A stretch of 64,000 bases of DNA from Rhodobacter sp. (lineage in GTDB: Bacteria; Pseudomonadota; Alphaproteobacteria; Rhodobacterales; Rhodobacteraceae), in assembly GCA_041905595.1 (NCBI GenBank), contig JAYRKT010000023.1, forward strand, positions 3,525 to 67,524, given 5' to 3'. How positions within the stretch are numbered: position 1 is the stretch's first letter; every line of letters begins with the position of its first letter. The position numbers and the translations under genes were made by a program. The notes beneath the pieces are model-generated. The model saw nothing but the letters and a program-made list of their open reading frames with translations, searched no databases and was not told where the DNA came from. Below, in pieces: positions 18,001 to 26,382 of the stretch.

Positions 18001-18906
18001 ATGCCTCTGACGCTCAAGCAGCTTCGCTATTTCATCGCCGCCGCGGAAACGGGGCAGATCAGCCATGCGGCGATGGAGATGAACATCTCGCAATCCGCCG
18101 TCACGGCGGGCATCCAGGGGCTGGAGGCGACTCTTGGGGTCAAACTGCTCGCCCGCGGCGCGCAGGGTGTGTCGGTCACGCCCGAAGGCGCACGCTTCCT
18201 GACCCGGGCAAAGGGGATCATGGCGGCGGTCGAGGATGCGACGCGCAGCCCGCTTGGCGAAGAGACCGGGATCACAGGCCGCCTGAGGCTGGGCGTGACC
18301 TACACCGTCGCCGGCTATTTCATGGCTCGCCACTATGCCGCTTTCCGCCGCAGCTATCCGGGGATCACGCTGGAGCTATCCGAGCTGCCTCGAGCGGCGA
18401 TCGAGAACGCCCTTGCAACCGGCGGGCTGGACCTCGCGGTGCTCCTGACCTCGAACCTGGCCAATCACGAGGATCTGGATGCGGAAACGCTGTTTCGCTC
18501 GCGCCGGCGGCTGTGGCTGCCGTCCGATCACGCGCTGCTCCAGGCGGAGGAAGTGACCCTGCAAGACGTCGCGCGGGAGCCCTATGTCATGCTGACGGTC
18601 GACGAAGCAAGCCGCACGGCCGGGCGGTACTGGGATGCCTATGGCCTGTTACCGGACGTGGTCTTTTCCACATCGTCGGTCGAGGCGGTGCGGTCGATGG
18701 TTGCCGCGGGGATGGGTGTGACCATCCTGTCCGACATGGTCTATCGCCCCTGGTCTCTGGAAGGGCAGCGGATCGAGCAACGGCTGCTGCGCGAAACAGT
18801 ACCCTCGATGGACGTCGGCCTGACCTGGTCGCGCGCGCGCCCCCTCAGCGGCCCGGCGCAGATCTTCCGCGCCTTCCTGTCGGTCACCCTTGGCTCGGGT
18901 GGCTAG
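18001..18906 (+). CDS. LysR family transcriptional regulator
   Basis: LTLKQLRYFIAAAETGQISHAAMEMNISQSAVT HTH, plus LysR substrate domain. Divergent from pxpA. Start at ATG 18001. Confidence 0.93.
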   Translation: MPLTLKQLRYFIAAAETGQISHAAMEMNISQSAVTAGIQGLEATLGVKLLARGAQGVSVTPEGARFLTRAKGIMAAVEDATRSPLGEETGITGRLRLGVTYTVAGYFMARHYAAFRRSYPGITLELSELPRAAIENALATGGLDLAVLLTSNLANHEDLDAETLFRSRRRLWLPSDHALLQAEEVTLQDVAREPYVMLTVDEASRTAGRYWDAYGLLPDVVFSTSSVEAVRSMVAAGMGVTILSDMVYRPWSLEGQRIEQRLLRETVPSMDVGLTWSRARPLSGPAQIFRAFLSVTLGSGG

Positions 18907-18913
18907 CAGCTGC

Positions 18914-21367
18914 TCAAGCGCGGACCCGCTCGCTTGTCGGATCGTAGAAGGGGGCAAGGGATACGGTCGCCGCATGGCGCCGGTTGCCAATCTCGACCTC
19001 GAAGGCGGTTGCTTGCAGATAGTCGCCGGTCACGCCACCTTCCCGCTCGATGACGGCAAGGCCGACCGAGACGCCAAGCGTGTGGCCATAGGCTCCGGCG
19101 CGGACATATCCGACAGGTTGCCCATCCGCGAAGAGCGGCTCGAGCCCGCGCAGAAGCGGTTCGGGATCGTCGAGCTTCACCGCGACGAGGCGCTTGGTCA
19201 GCGCCCCCGCCGCCTTCTGCTCGGCCAGACGTTCGCGGCCGATGAAGTCCTTGGAAAGATCGACGACGAAGCCCAGGCCCATTTCAAGCGGCGTATCTGT
19301 GTTGTCGATGTCGACCCCGTAGTCGCGATAGCCCTTTTCCAGCCGCAGGCTGTCCAACGCCATCAGGCCGCAATGCACGCAGTCGATGCCCTGCGCCTCG
19401 ATCCCCGCGACCAGCGCATCGTAGACGTTCAGACTCTGCTCGGCCGGGATGTAAAGCTCGTAGCCAAGCTCGCCCATGTAGGTCACCCGGACGATCCTTA
19501 GCCGGGCGTAGCCGATCTCGACCCAGGCGGAGCCGCGGAAGGGCAGCGCGTCGGTCGACAGGTCGGCGCCGGTGATCGCGGCGAGAGCCTCGCGCGATTT
19601 CGGGCCTTGCAGCGACAAGATGGTATAGGCCGAGGTGACGTCGGTCACCGCGCAGAACTCGTCCGACCTGGTATGTCGGCGCAGCCAGGACGGGGTGATG
19701 CGCTGCAACACGTCGCCCGTGACAAGCAGGAACTCCTGCTCGCCGGTCCGGGTGATCGTTAGATCGGACAGGATGCCGCCCTGCGGGTTCAGCCATTGGG
19801 TGTAGACGTTGGTCCCTACCGGGACCGAGACGTTGTTCGAGCTGACCCGGTTCAGCACCGTCTCGGCGTCGCGTCCCTGCACGATGAACTTGCCCATGAA
19901 GGTCTTGTCGAACAGCCCCAGGCATTCGCGGGTCGCCCGGTGCTCGGTGGCGGACAGGCGGAACCAGTCCTGCCGGCCGAACTCGTAGGCGACTTTGGGC
20001 TGCGGACCGTCCGGCGCGAACCAGTAGGGCATCTCCCAGCCGGAAAGCGAAACGAAATAGGCGCCCTTCGCCGCGTAGCGGTCGTGCAGCGGCAGCCGCC
20101 GGGCCCCCCGCGCGCGCTTGTGCTTGAAATTCGGCAATGTGGAGTTGGTGAAGCCGTAAGACAACGCATCGGGCAGGCGGTCGAGAAGGTAGTGCCTGAC
20201 CGATTCATGCGATCCCAGGCGCGAGGGAAGCAGGGCAGTGATATCCTGGCTCGCGTTGCCGTGGACGATCTCTTCCGCCAGCAGCGCGCCCACGCCCCCG
20301 CCCATAAGAATGCCGAGCGAGTTGAGACCGGTCGCGAGGTAGAGGCCCTGCACCTCGGGCGTCTCGCCGACGAGGAACTTGCCGTCGGGGGTGAAACTTT
20401 CGGGGCCGCAGAAGAAGGTCTTGATGCCCGCCTTCTCCATCGCCGGGAACCGGCGGAAGGCATGTTCCAGGTGCGGGGTCATCCGATCCCAGTCAGGTGG
20501 AAGGGTGGAAAAACTTGCATCGCCGGGAATGCCCTGGGGCATCCAGGGGGCTGCGCCTGGCTCGAACAGGCCGAAAAGCAGCCCGCCTCCTTCCTCTCGC
20601 ACATAGGCATAGCTTTCCGGATCTTCGACCACCGGCAGGTCACGATGAACGCCCTCCATCGGTTCGGTCAGCAGATAGTAGTGCTCCAGCGCCTGCAGGG
20701 GCACCGACACACCGATTTTCGCCCCGATCTGGCGCGACCACATGCCGGCCGCCAGGACCACCGCCTCAGACCGGATCGAGCCCTGCGGCGTGACCACACC
20801 GCGCACCCGGCCGCGCTCAACCAGAATGTCGGTCACCGGGCAGCCTTCGACGATCTGCACCCCACGCTTCCGCGCACCCGCTGCCAGCGCCATGGTCACG
20901 TCGACCGGGTTGGCGCGTCCGTCGGTCGGCGACCAGATCGCCGACAGCATCCCCTCGGTCTCGATGAGCGGAAACATCGCCTTCACTTCGGCGGGCGAGA
21001 CCTCGTGCTTCTCGTGACCCATCAGGCGCATGAAGGCGATCTCGCGCTGCTGCGCCTCGCGGCGGGTCAGCGTGGTCGCGACATGAAGATGGCCGCAGGC
21101 GCGAAAGCCGGTCGAGACGCCGGTCTCGGCTTCCAGCCGGGTATAGAGGTCGCGCGAATGGCGGAAGGCCCAGCTCAGCGTCTCGCTGAACATCCCGGCC
21201 GAGGCGATCAGACCAGCCGCATGCCAGGTCGTGCCAGACGTAAGCTTATCACGCTCCAGCACCACGATGTCGGTCCAGCCCTGTGCCGCCAGGTGATAGG
21301 CGGTCGAAGCGCCGACAACGCCGCCGCCGATGACGATGACGCGGGCATGGCTGGGCAAGATGGGCAT
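18914..21367 (-). CDS. GcvT-family FAD-dependent N-demethylase (sarcosine/dimethylglycine dehydrogenase-like)
   Basis: IGGGVVG, TSGTTWHAAG (His that is covalently flavinylated in homologues), GPESFTPDG, then a THF-binding GcvT domain (GELGYELY, LRLEKGY, GAYGHTLG). Confidence 0.92.
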   Translation of the reverse strand: MPILPSHARVIVIGGGVVGASTAYHLAAQGWTDIVVLERDKLTSGTTWHAAGLIASAGMFSETLSWAFRHSRDLYTRLEAETGVSTGFRACGHLHVATTLTRREAQQREIAFMRLMGHEKHEVSPAEVKAMFPLIETEGMLSAIWSPTDGRANPVDVTMALAAGARKRGVQIVEGCPVTDILVERGRVRGVVTPQGSIRSEAVVLAAGMWSRQIGAKIGVSVPLQALEHYYLLTEPMEGVHRDLPVVEDPESYAYVREEGGGLLFGLFEPGAAPWMPQGIPGDASFSTLPPDWDRMTPHLEHAFRRFPAMEKAGIKTFFCGPESFTPDGKFLVGETPEVQGLYLATGLNSLGILMGGGVGALLAEEIVHGNASQDITALLPSRLGSHESVRHYLLDRLPDALSYGFTNSTLPNFKHKRARGARRLPLHDRYAAKGAYFVSLSGWEMPYWFAPDGPQPKVAYEFGRQDWFRLSATEHRATRECLGLFDKTFMGKFIVQGRDAETVLNRVSSNNVSVPVGTNVYTQWLNPQGGILSDLTITRTGEQEFLLVTGDVLQRITPSWLRRHTRSDEFCAVTDVTSAYTILSLQGPKSREALAAITGADLSTDALPFRGSAWVEIGYARLRIVRVTYMGELGYELYIPAEQSLNVYDALVAGIEAQGIDCVHCGLMALDSLRLEKGYRDYGVDIDNTDTPLEMGLGFVVDLSKDFIGRERLAEQKAAGALTKRLVAVKLDDPEPLLRGLEPLFADGQPVGYVRAGAYGHTLGVSVGLAVIEREGGVTGDYLQATAFEVEIGNRRHAATVSLAPFYDPTSERVRA

Positions 21368-21444
21368 CTCGGGTCCTGATTGGTCGTCTGTGCTGTCGCG
21401 ACGCTATGCATCCGCACGGTGGAAAGGCAACAGCGACCCGAAGT

Positions 21445-21479
21445 CAGGACTGGGTCCACAGTTGGCCGCCGCAGTCCTG
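21445..21479. terminator. Hairpin downstream of the IclR gene
   Basis: CAGGACTG...CAGTCCTG 8-bp inverted repeat with inner imperfect pairing. Confidence 0.35.
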
Positions 21480-21490
21480 GCGTCTTCGCT

Positions 21491-22276
21491 TCACGCCTGC
21501 TCGGGAAAGCGCCAGGTCTCGGCCGCGGCGGCAATGCGCGCGGCGCTTTCCTTGACCAGACCTGCCCGCGCCTCCAGTGCCGAGAGCGTTGTCCGTGCCG
21601 TGGTCGAGGTGACCGAGATCGCACCGAGCACCCGGCCGGCCCGGCTGAGGATCGGCGCGGCGCAGCAGATGATGCCGGGCTCGTGCTCCTCGCGGTCAAG
21701 GGCATGGCCGCGGGCGCGGATCGACACGAGTTCCGCCTTAAGCCGGTCCGGGCTGTCCAGCGTTTCGCGCGTGAAACGATGGAAGCTCTGTCGTGCGATT
21801 GCGCCTTCGAGCGCATCACCCTCCAGGAAGGCGAGCATGGCCTTGCCCACTCCCGTGCAATAGGCCGGACCGATCTTGCCGGCACTCGAAAACATCTCGA
21901 CGGGGCGAGCCGCGTTGCGCTTGTCGACGTAAAGCACCTGCCCCTGGTCGAGCTGGGCCAGATGAACCGTCTCGCCGGTTTCCACCGCCAGCGCGTCAAG
22001 ATGCGGTCGGGCAAGCGGCGCGAGTGAGGAGGTCGCCCAGGCCGCATGGGCTAACCGCACCAGCCGCAGACCGGGGGAATAGCTCCCGCTGTTCTCGTCA
22101 AAGGTCAGCATTCCCTGCTTGGTCAGGGTCTGGAGCAGACGATAAAGCGTGGCCTTGGGATAGGCACTGATCGGCTGAAGGTCGGAAAAGCGTACAGGCC
22201 GCCCGCGCGCGGCAACCATGTCGAGCACGTCGAGCGCCTTGGCCACGGTTCCCTCCGCCCCTGCATCGGCTGCCAT
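21491..22276 (-). CDS. IclR family transcriptional regulator (probable dgo regulator)
   Basis: TVAKALDVLD, YPKATLYRLLQTL, TGETVHLA, YCTGVGKAMLA, ALDREEHEPGIICCAAPI. Divergent from the SDR-dgoK-dgoA operon. Confidence 0.92.
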   Translation of the reverse strand: MAADAGAEGTVAKALDVLDMVAARGRPVRFSDLQPISAYPKATLYRLLQTLTKQGMLTFDENSGSYSPGLRLVRLAHAAWATSSLAPLARPHLDALAVETGETVHLAQLDQGQVLYVDKRNAARPVEMFSSAGKIGPAYCTGVGKAMLAFLEGDALEGAIARQSFHRFTRETLDSPDRLKAELVSIRARGHALDREEHEPGIICCAAPILSRAGRVLGAISVTSTTARTTLSALEARAGLVKESAARIAAAAETWRFPEQA

Positions 22277-22292
22277 TTCTCGCCCCTCGCTG

Positions 22293-22322
22293 TTGACAGA
22301 TACAATCTGTACCGCGCATAGT
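22293..22322 (+). promoter_or_regulatory. Putative sigma70 promoter of the dgo operon
   Basis: TTGACA (22293-22298), 18-nt spacer, CATAGT (22317-22322). Confidence 0.45.
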
Positions 22323-22339
22323 TCCCATTATTCAAGACT

Positions 22340-22360
22340 TGGTTTCACATATTGAAACCA
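22340..22360. promoter_or_regulatory. Putative IclR operator
   Basis: Perfect dyad TGGTTTCA-CATAT-TGAAACCA between the predicted -10 and the SDR RBS. Confidence 0.6.
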
Positions 22361-22376
22361 TTTGGAGGACAACCTG

Positions 22377-23141
22377 ATGCTGCCCATCTATCCGGATCTC
22401 GAAGGCAAGTCCGTCTTCATCACCGGCGGCGGCTCGGGCATCGGAGCCGCGCTGACCGAGGGGTTCCTGCGGCAAGGCGCCAGGGTGGCCTTCTGCCAGC
22501 GCAGCGACGCCACGGCGTTCTGCGACGAGATGCAGAAGGTCACGGGCAACCGCCCGATGTTCCTGCGCTGCGACTTGACCGATCTGGAGCAGTTGAATTC
22601 TGCGCTGGCGGCAGCGGCAAAGGCGCATGGTCCGATCACCATCCTTGTCAACAACGCCGCCAACGATCAGCGGCACAAGACGCTGGAAACGGACGAGGCG
22701 TTTTTCGACTGGTCGATTGCGATCAACCTCAAAGCCTATTTCTTTGCGGCCAAAGCGGTGATCCCTGGAATGCAGGCGGCCGGCGGCGGGTCGATCATCA
22801 ACTTCTCGTCGATCAGCTACATGATGGGCAACGCCGGCTACCCGGTCTACACAGCAGCGAATTCCGGCATCAATGGCCTGACCCGCAGCCTTGCGCGCGA
22901 GTTCGGACCTGAACGCATCCGCGTCAACGCCTTGTCACCCGGCTGGGTCCTGACCGAGCGGCAGAAGGAGCTGTGGGTCACGCCCGAGGGGCTGGCTGCC
23001 CATTTGGACCGCCAATGCCTGAAAGACCCGCTGGAGCCGTCCGACATTGTGGGCGGTTGCCTTTTCCTTGCCTCTTCGGCGTCGAAGGCGATGACGGGGC
23101 AGGCACTGGTGATCGACGGCGGTGTGGTGGTGACGGGATGA
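22377..23141 (+). CDS. Short-chain dehydrogenase/reductase (probable aldose 1-dehydrogenase)
   Basis: ITGGGSGIG, LVNNAAND, YTAAN at the YxxxK position, IRVNALSPGWV. GGAGG RBS favours ATG 22377. Confidence 0.85.
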   Translation: MLPIYPDLEGKSVFITGGGSGIGAALTEGFLRQGARVAFCQRSDATAFCDEMQKVTGNRPMFLRCDLTDLEQLNSALAAAAKAHGPITILVNNAANDQRHKTLETDEAFFDWSIAINLKAYFFAAKAVIPGMQAAGGGSIINFSSISYMMGNAGYPVYTAANSGINGLTRSLAREFGPERIRVNALSPGWVLTERQKELWVTPEGLAAHLDRQCLKDPLEPSDIVGGCLFLASSASKAMTGQALVIDGGVVVTG

Positions 23142-24037
23142 AAGCGGACTGGATTGCCGTCGACTGGGGCACGACCCATCTGCGGGCCTGGGCCATGGGC
23201 GCGGAGGGACTCCGCGCCGAAGCCGCGTCCGACGACGGGATGGGCCGGCTGGCGCGTGACAGCTTCGAAGCCGCGCTGATCCGCCTGATCGAACCTTGGC
23301 TCGGCCCCGGCGTCACCCCCGTTGTCGCCTGCGGAATGGTGGGCAGCCGCCAGGGCTGGATCGAGGCCCCATATCGCGCCGTGCCCTGCCCGCCGGTCGC
23401 GCAAGGGGAGTTGATGCCTGTACCGGTCACGGATCCGCGGATCTCCATGCGGATCGCGCCAGGTTTGCAGCAGCTGCAGCCACCGGATGTGATGCGCGGC
23501 GAGGAAACCCAGATTGCCGGGGCTTTGGCGCTTGATCCCGGGTTCGACGGGGCGATCTGCCTGCCCGGCACCCATTCGAAATGGGCCCAGGTCAGCGCGG
23601 GAGAGGTGGTCAGTTTCCAGACCTTCATGACAGGCGAACTCTTTGCACTTCTGGCCGAACAATCCGTCCTGCGCCACGGCCTCTCCGAAGGCTGGGAAGA
23701 TGCGGCCTTCGACCAGGGCGTGGCCGATGGCATGGCGCGGCCCGACCGGCTGATGGCCCAGTTGTTCCGCCTGCGGGCCGAAGGGCTGATCGCCGGGCTG
23801 ACCGGTGACGCGGCCCGCGCCCGCCTGTCCGGGCTGCTGATCGGGGCCGAGCTCGCCGGCGCCAAGGCCTGGTGGCTGGGTCTGCCGATCCTGCTGATCG
23901 GTTCGCCCGGCCTGACAGACGTTTACGCCCGCGCGCTCGCCGCGCAGGGTGCCTCCAGCCAATCCCTATCCGCCACCGACTGCACGATCGCCGGACTGGC
24001 CCGTGCCGCCGGGGCGCTTTCAAAGGCAACAGAATGA
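23138..24037 (+). CDS. dgoK: 2-dehydro-3-deoxygalactonokinase
   Basis: [68 protein letters not shown]. Confidence 0.95.
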   Translation: MKADWIAVDWGTTHLRAWAMGAEGLRAEAASDDGMGRLARDSFEAALIRLIEPWLGPGVTPVVACGMVGSRQGWIEAPYRAVPCPPVAQGELMPVPVTDPRISMRIAPGLQQLQPPDVMRGEETQIAGALALDPGFDGAICLPGTHSKWAQVSAGEVVSFQTFMTGELFALLAEQSVLRHGLSEGWEDAAFDQGVADGMARPDRLMAQLFRLRAEGLIAGLTGDAARARLSGLLIGAELAGAKAWWLGLPILLIGSPGLTDVYARALAAQGASSQSLSATDCTIAGLARAAGALSKATE

Positions 24038-24639
24038 CCCGTCCGATCATTGCCATCCTGCGTGGCATCACCCCTGATGCTGCCCTGCCCGTGGCCGAGG
24101 CGCTGATCTCTGCCGGCATCTCCACAATTGAGGTTCCCCTGAACTCTCCCCACCCGATGCACTCCATTGCCGCAATGGTGCATGCCTTCGGCGATCATGC
24201 CGTGATCGGGGCGGGCACGGTGCTGACTGTGAAGCAGGTGCGCGAAGTGGCCGATGCGGGCGGACGCATCATCGTCTCGCCCAACATGGATGCCGAGGTC
24301 ATCGCCGAGACACGACGCGCCGGGCTGCAAAGCTGGCCGGGCGTGATGACGCCCACCGAATGTTTCGCTGCGCTGAAGGCCGGGGCCTCCGGGTTGAAAC
24401 TGTTCCCCGGTAACTTGCTTGGTCCCGACGGGCTGAAGGCCATCCGCGCGGTCCTGCCGCAGGGAACGCGGGTCTATGCCGTCGGCGGGGCTGGCACCGC
24501 CAACCTGAAGGACTGGCTCAAGGCAGGGGCGGACGGGTTCGGCATTGGCACTTCGCTTTATGTCCCTGGGCTTTCGGCCAGCGAGGTTGCGGCCCGCGCC
24601 CGCGCGCTGGTGGCCGCCTATGATGAGGCAGCAGAATGA
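24034..24639 (+). CDS. dgoA: 2-dehydro-3-deoxy-6-phosphogalactonate aldolase
   Basis: [51 protein letters not shown]. Confidence 0.93.
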   Translation: MTRPIIAILRGITPDAALPVAEALISAGISTIEVPLNSPHPMHSIAAMVHAFGDHAVIGAGTVLTVKQVREVADAGGRIIVSPNMDAEVIAETRRAGLQSWPGVMTPTECFAALKAGASGLKLFPGNLLGPDGLKAIRAVLPQGTRVYAVGGAGTANLKDWLKAGADGFGIGTSLYVPGLSASEVAARARALVAAYDEAAE

Positions 24640-25478
24640 TCTTCGACGACCGCGCCTGCGACTTGGGTGAAGGCCCACTCTGGCATCCGCTGCGCCAGCA
24701 GCTTTTCTGGTTCGACATTCTCGGAAAGCGGCTGCTGACGCGCGACGAAACCGGCCAGCACCAGTGGCAGTTCGATCAGATGGCCTCGGCCGCCGGCTGG
24801 GTCGACCGCGACACGCTGCTGATCGCCGGAGAACGCGGGTTGTTCCGCTTCAACCTCGCGACCGGCGCAAGCGATCCGGTCGCGCCCCTTGAAGCCGACA
24901 ATCCGGTGACCAGGTCGAACGACGGACGCGCCGATCCGCAGGGCGGGCTCTGGATCGGCACGATGGGCAAGAAGGCCGAAGCGGGCGCCGGCGCGATCTA
25001 CCGCTACTACCGGGGCGAGGTCAGGCAGCTTTTCCCGTCGATTTCGATCCCAAATTCGATGTGCTTCACGGTTGACGGGCGCACCGCCCAATTCGCGGAT
25101 TCGCCAACCCGCCGGGTGATGCGCGTGTCCCTGGATGCCGAAGGATGGCCCAAGGGCAAGCCAGAGGTCTTCCTGCAGCTGGCCCCAGACGGGGCCGAGC
25201 CGGATGGCGCCGTGATCGACAGCGACGGAGTGACTTGGCTGGCTGAATGGGGCGCCGCGCGAGTCGCGGCCTATGCGCCCGACGGAAGCTTCCTGCGCAG
25301 CGTGGCCTTTGACGCGCCTCATACGTCCTGCCCCGCTTTCGGGGGCACGACGCTCTACTGCACGTCAGCCCTGCAGGGAATGGATGCGGCCGCACGCGCC
25401 GCCAATCCCAGGGCGGGCATGACCTTCATGGCCGAGGGAGTGGCCAAGGGCCAGCTTGAGCATCAAGTAATTCTCTAG
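24636..25478 (+). CDS. SMP-30/gluconolactonase family (probable galactonolactonase)
   Basis: [52 protein letters not shown]. Confidence 0.9.
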   Translation: MIFDDRACDLGEGPLWHPLRQQLFWFDILGKRLLTRDETGQHQWQFDQMASAAGWVDRDTLLIAGERGLFRFNLATGASDPVAPLEADNPVTRSNDGRADPQGGLWIGTMGKKAEAGAGAIYRYYRGEVRQLFPSISIPNSMCFTVDGRTAQFADSPTRRVMRVSLDAEGWPKGKPEVFLQLAPDGAEPDGAVIDSDGVTWLAEWGAARVAAYAPDGSFLRSVAFDAPHTSCPAFGGTTLYCTSALQGMDAAARAANPRAGMTFMAEGVAKGQLEHQVIL

Positions 25479-25491
25479 CGCCGGACGGGCG

Positions 25492-26343
25492 TCAGGTCGG
25501 TGACATGCCGCGCAGTCGCTCTGACCTGCGCCGCAGCACCTCGAGCGTGACCAAAAGCACGACCGAGATCGAGACGAGTACGGTTGCGGCGGCCAGGATC
25601 GTCGGGCTGATCTGTTCGCGCAGGCCGGTGAACATCTGCCAGGGCAGTGTCTTGTCGCCCGGCGCGCCAAGGAACAGCACCACCACCACCTCGTCGAATG
25701 ATGTGATGAAGGCGAAAAGTGCCCCGGCCACGACGCCCGGCATGATGAGCGGCATCTGCACCATGAAGAAGGTGCGGACCGGCCCCGCGCCAAGGCTCGC
25801 TGCCGCGCGTGTCAATGACCGGTCAAAGCCGACGAGTGTCGCCGTCACGGTGATGATGACGAAGGGAATGCCCAGGACCGCATGGGCCAGGACGACCCCC
25901 CAGTAGGTTCCTTGCAACCCGACACGCGAATAGAAGAAATACATCCCCGCCGCCGAGATGATGAGCGGCACGATCATCGGCGAGATCAGGATCGCCATGA
26001 TCGTGCCCTTGAACGGAACATGCGACTGCGACAGGCCGATGGCGGCCAGGGTGCCAAGGCTCACGGCGATCAGTGTCGCCACCGGTGCAATGGCAAGCGA
26101 GTTCCATAGCGGCAATTGCCAGTCGGGGTTGGTGAAGAAGTCGTGGTAGTGCTTCAGCGAATACCCCGCCGGATCAAGCCGCAGCATCTCGGGCGAAAAG
26201 GTGAAGAAGTCCTGCGCGTTGAAGCTGAGCGGGATGATGATGATGATCGGGGCGATCAGGAAGAAGAAGATCAGCCCGCAGATCACGCGGAAGGCATAGT
26301 GCCAGAGGCGCTGGCCAGCGGTGGCATAGACGGGCAGGCTCAT
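25492..26343 (-). CDS. Pot-type ABC transporter permease (PotC-like)
   Basis: LIAPIIIIIPLSFN, ISPMIVPLII, AAASLGAGPVRTFF (EAA-loop region), FITSFDEVVV. Confidence 0.92.
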   Translation of the reverse strand: MSLPVYATAGQRLWHYAFRVICGLIFFFLIAPIIIIIPLSFNAQDFFTFSPEMLRLDPAGYSLKHYHDFFTNPDWQLPLWNSLAIAPVATLIAVSLGTLAAIGLSQSHVPFKGTIMAILISPMIVPLIISAAGMYFFYSRVGLQGTYWGVVLAHAVLGIPFVIITVTATLVGFDRSLTRAAASLGAGPVRTFFMVQMPLIMPGVVAGALFAFITSFDEVVVVLFLGAPGDKTLPWQMFTGLREQISPTILAAATVLVSISVVLLVTLEVLRRRSERLRGMSPT

Positions 26344-26382
26344 GCGCGCGGTCCCTGAATGCTGCAGATCGACGGGGCGAGG

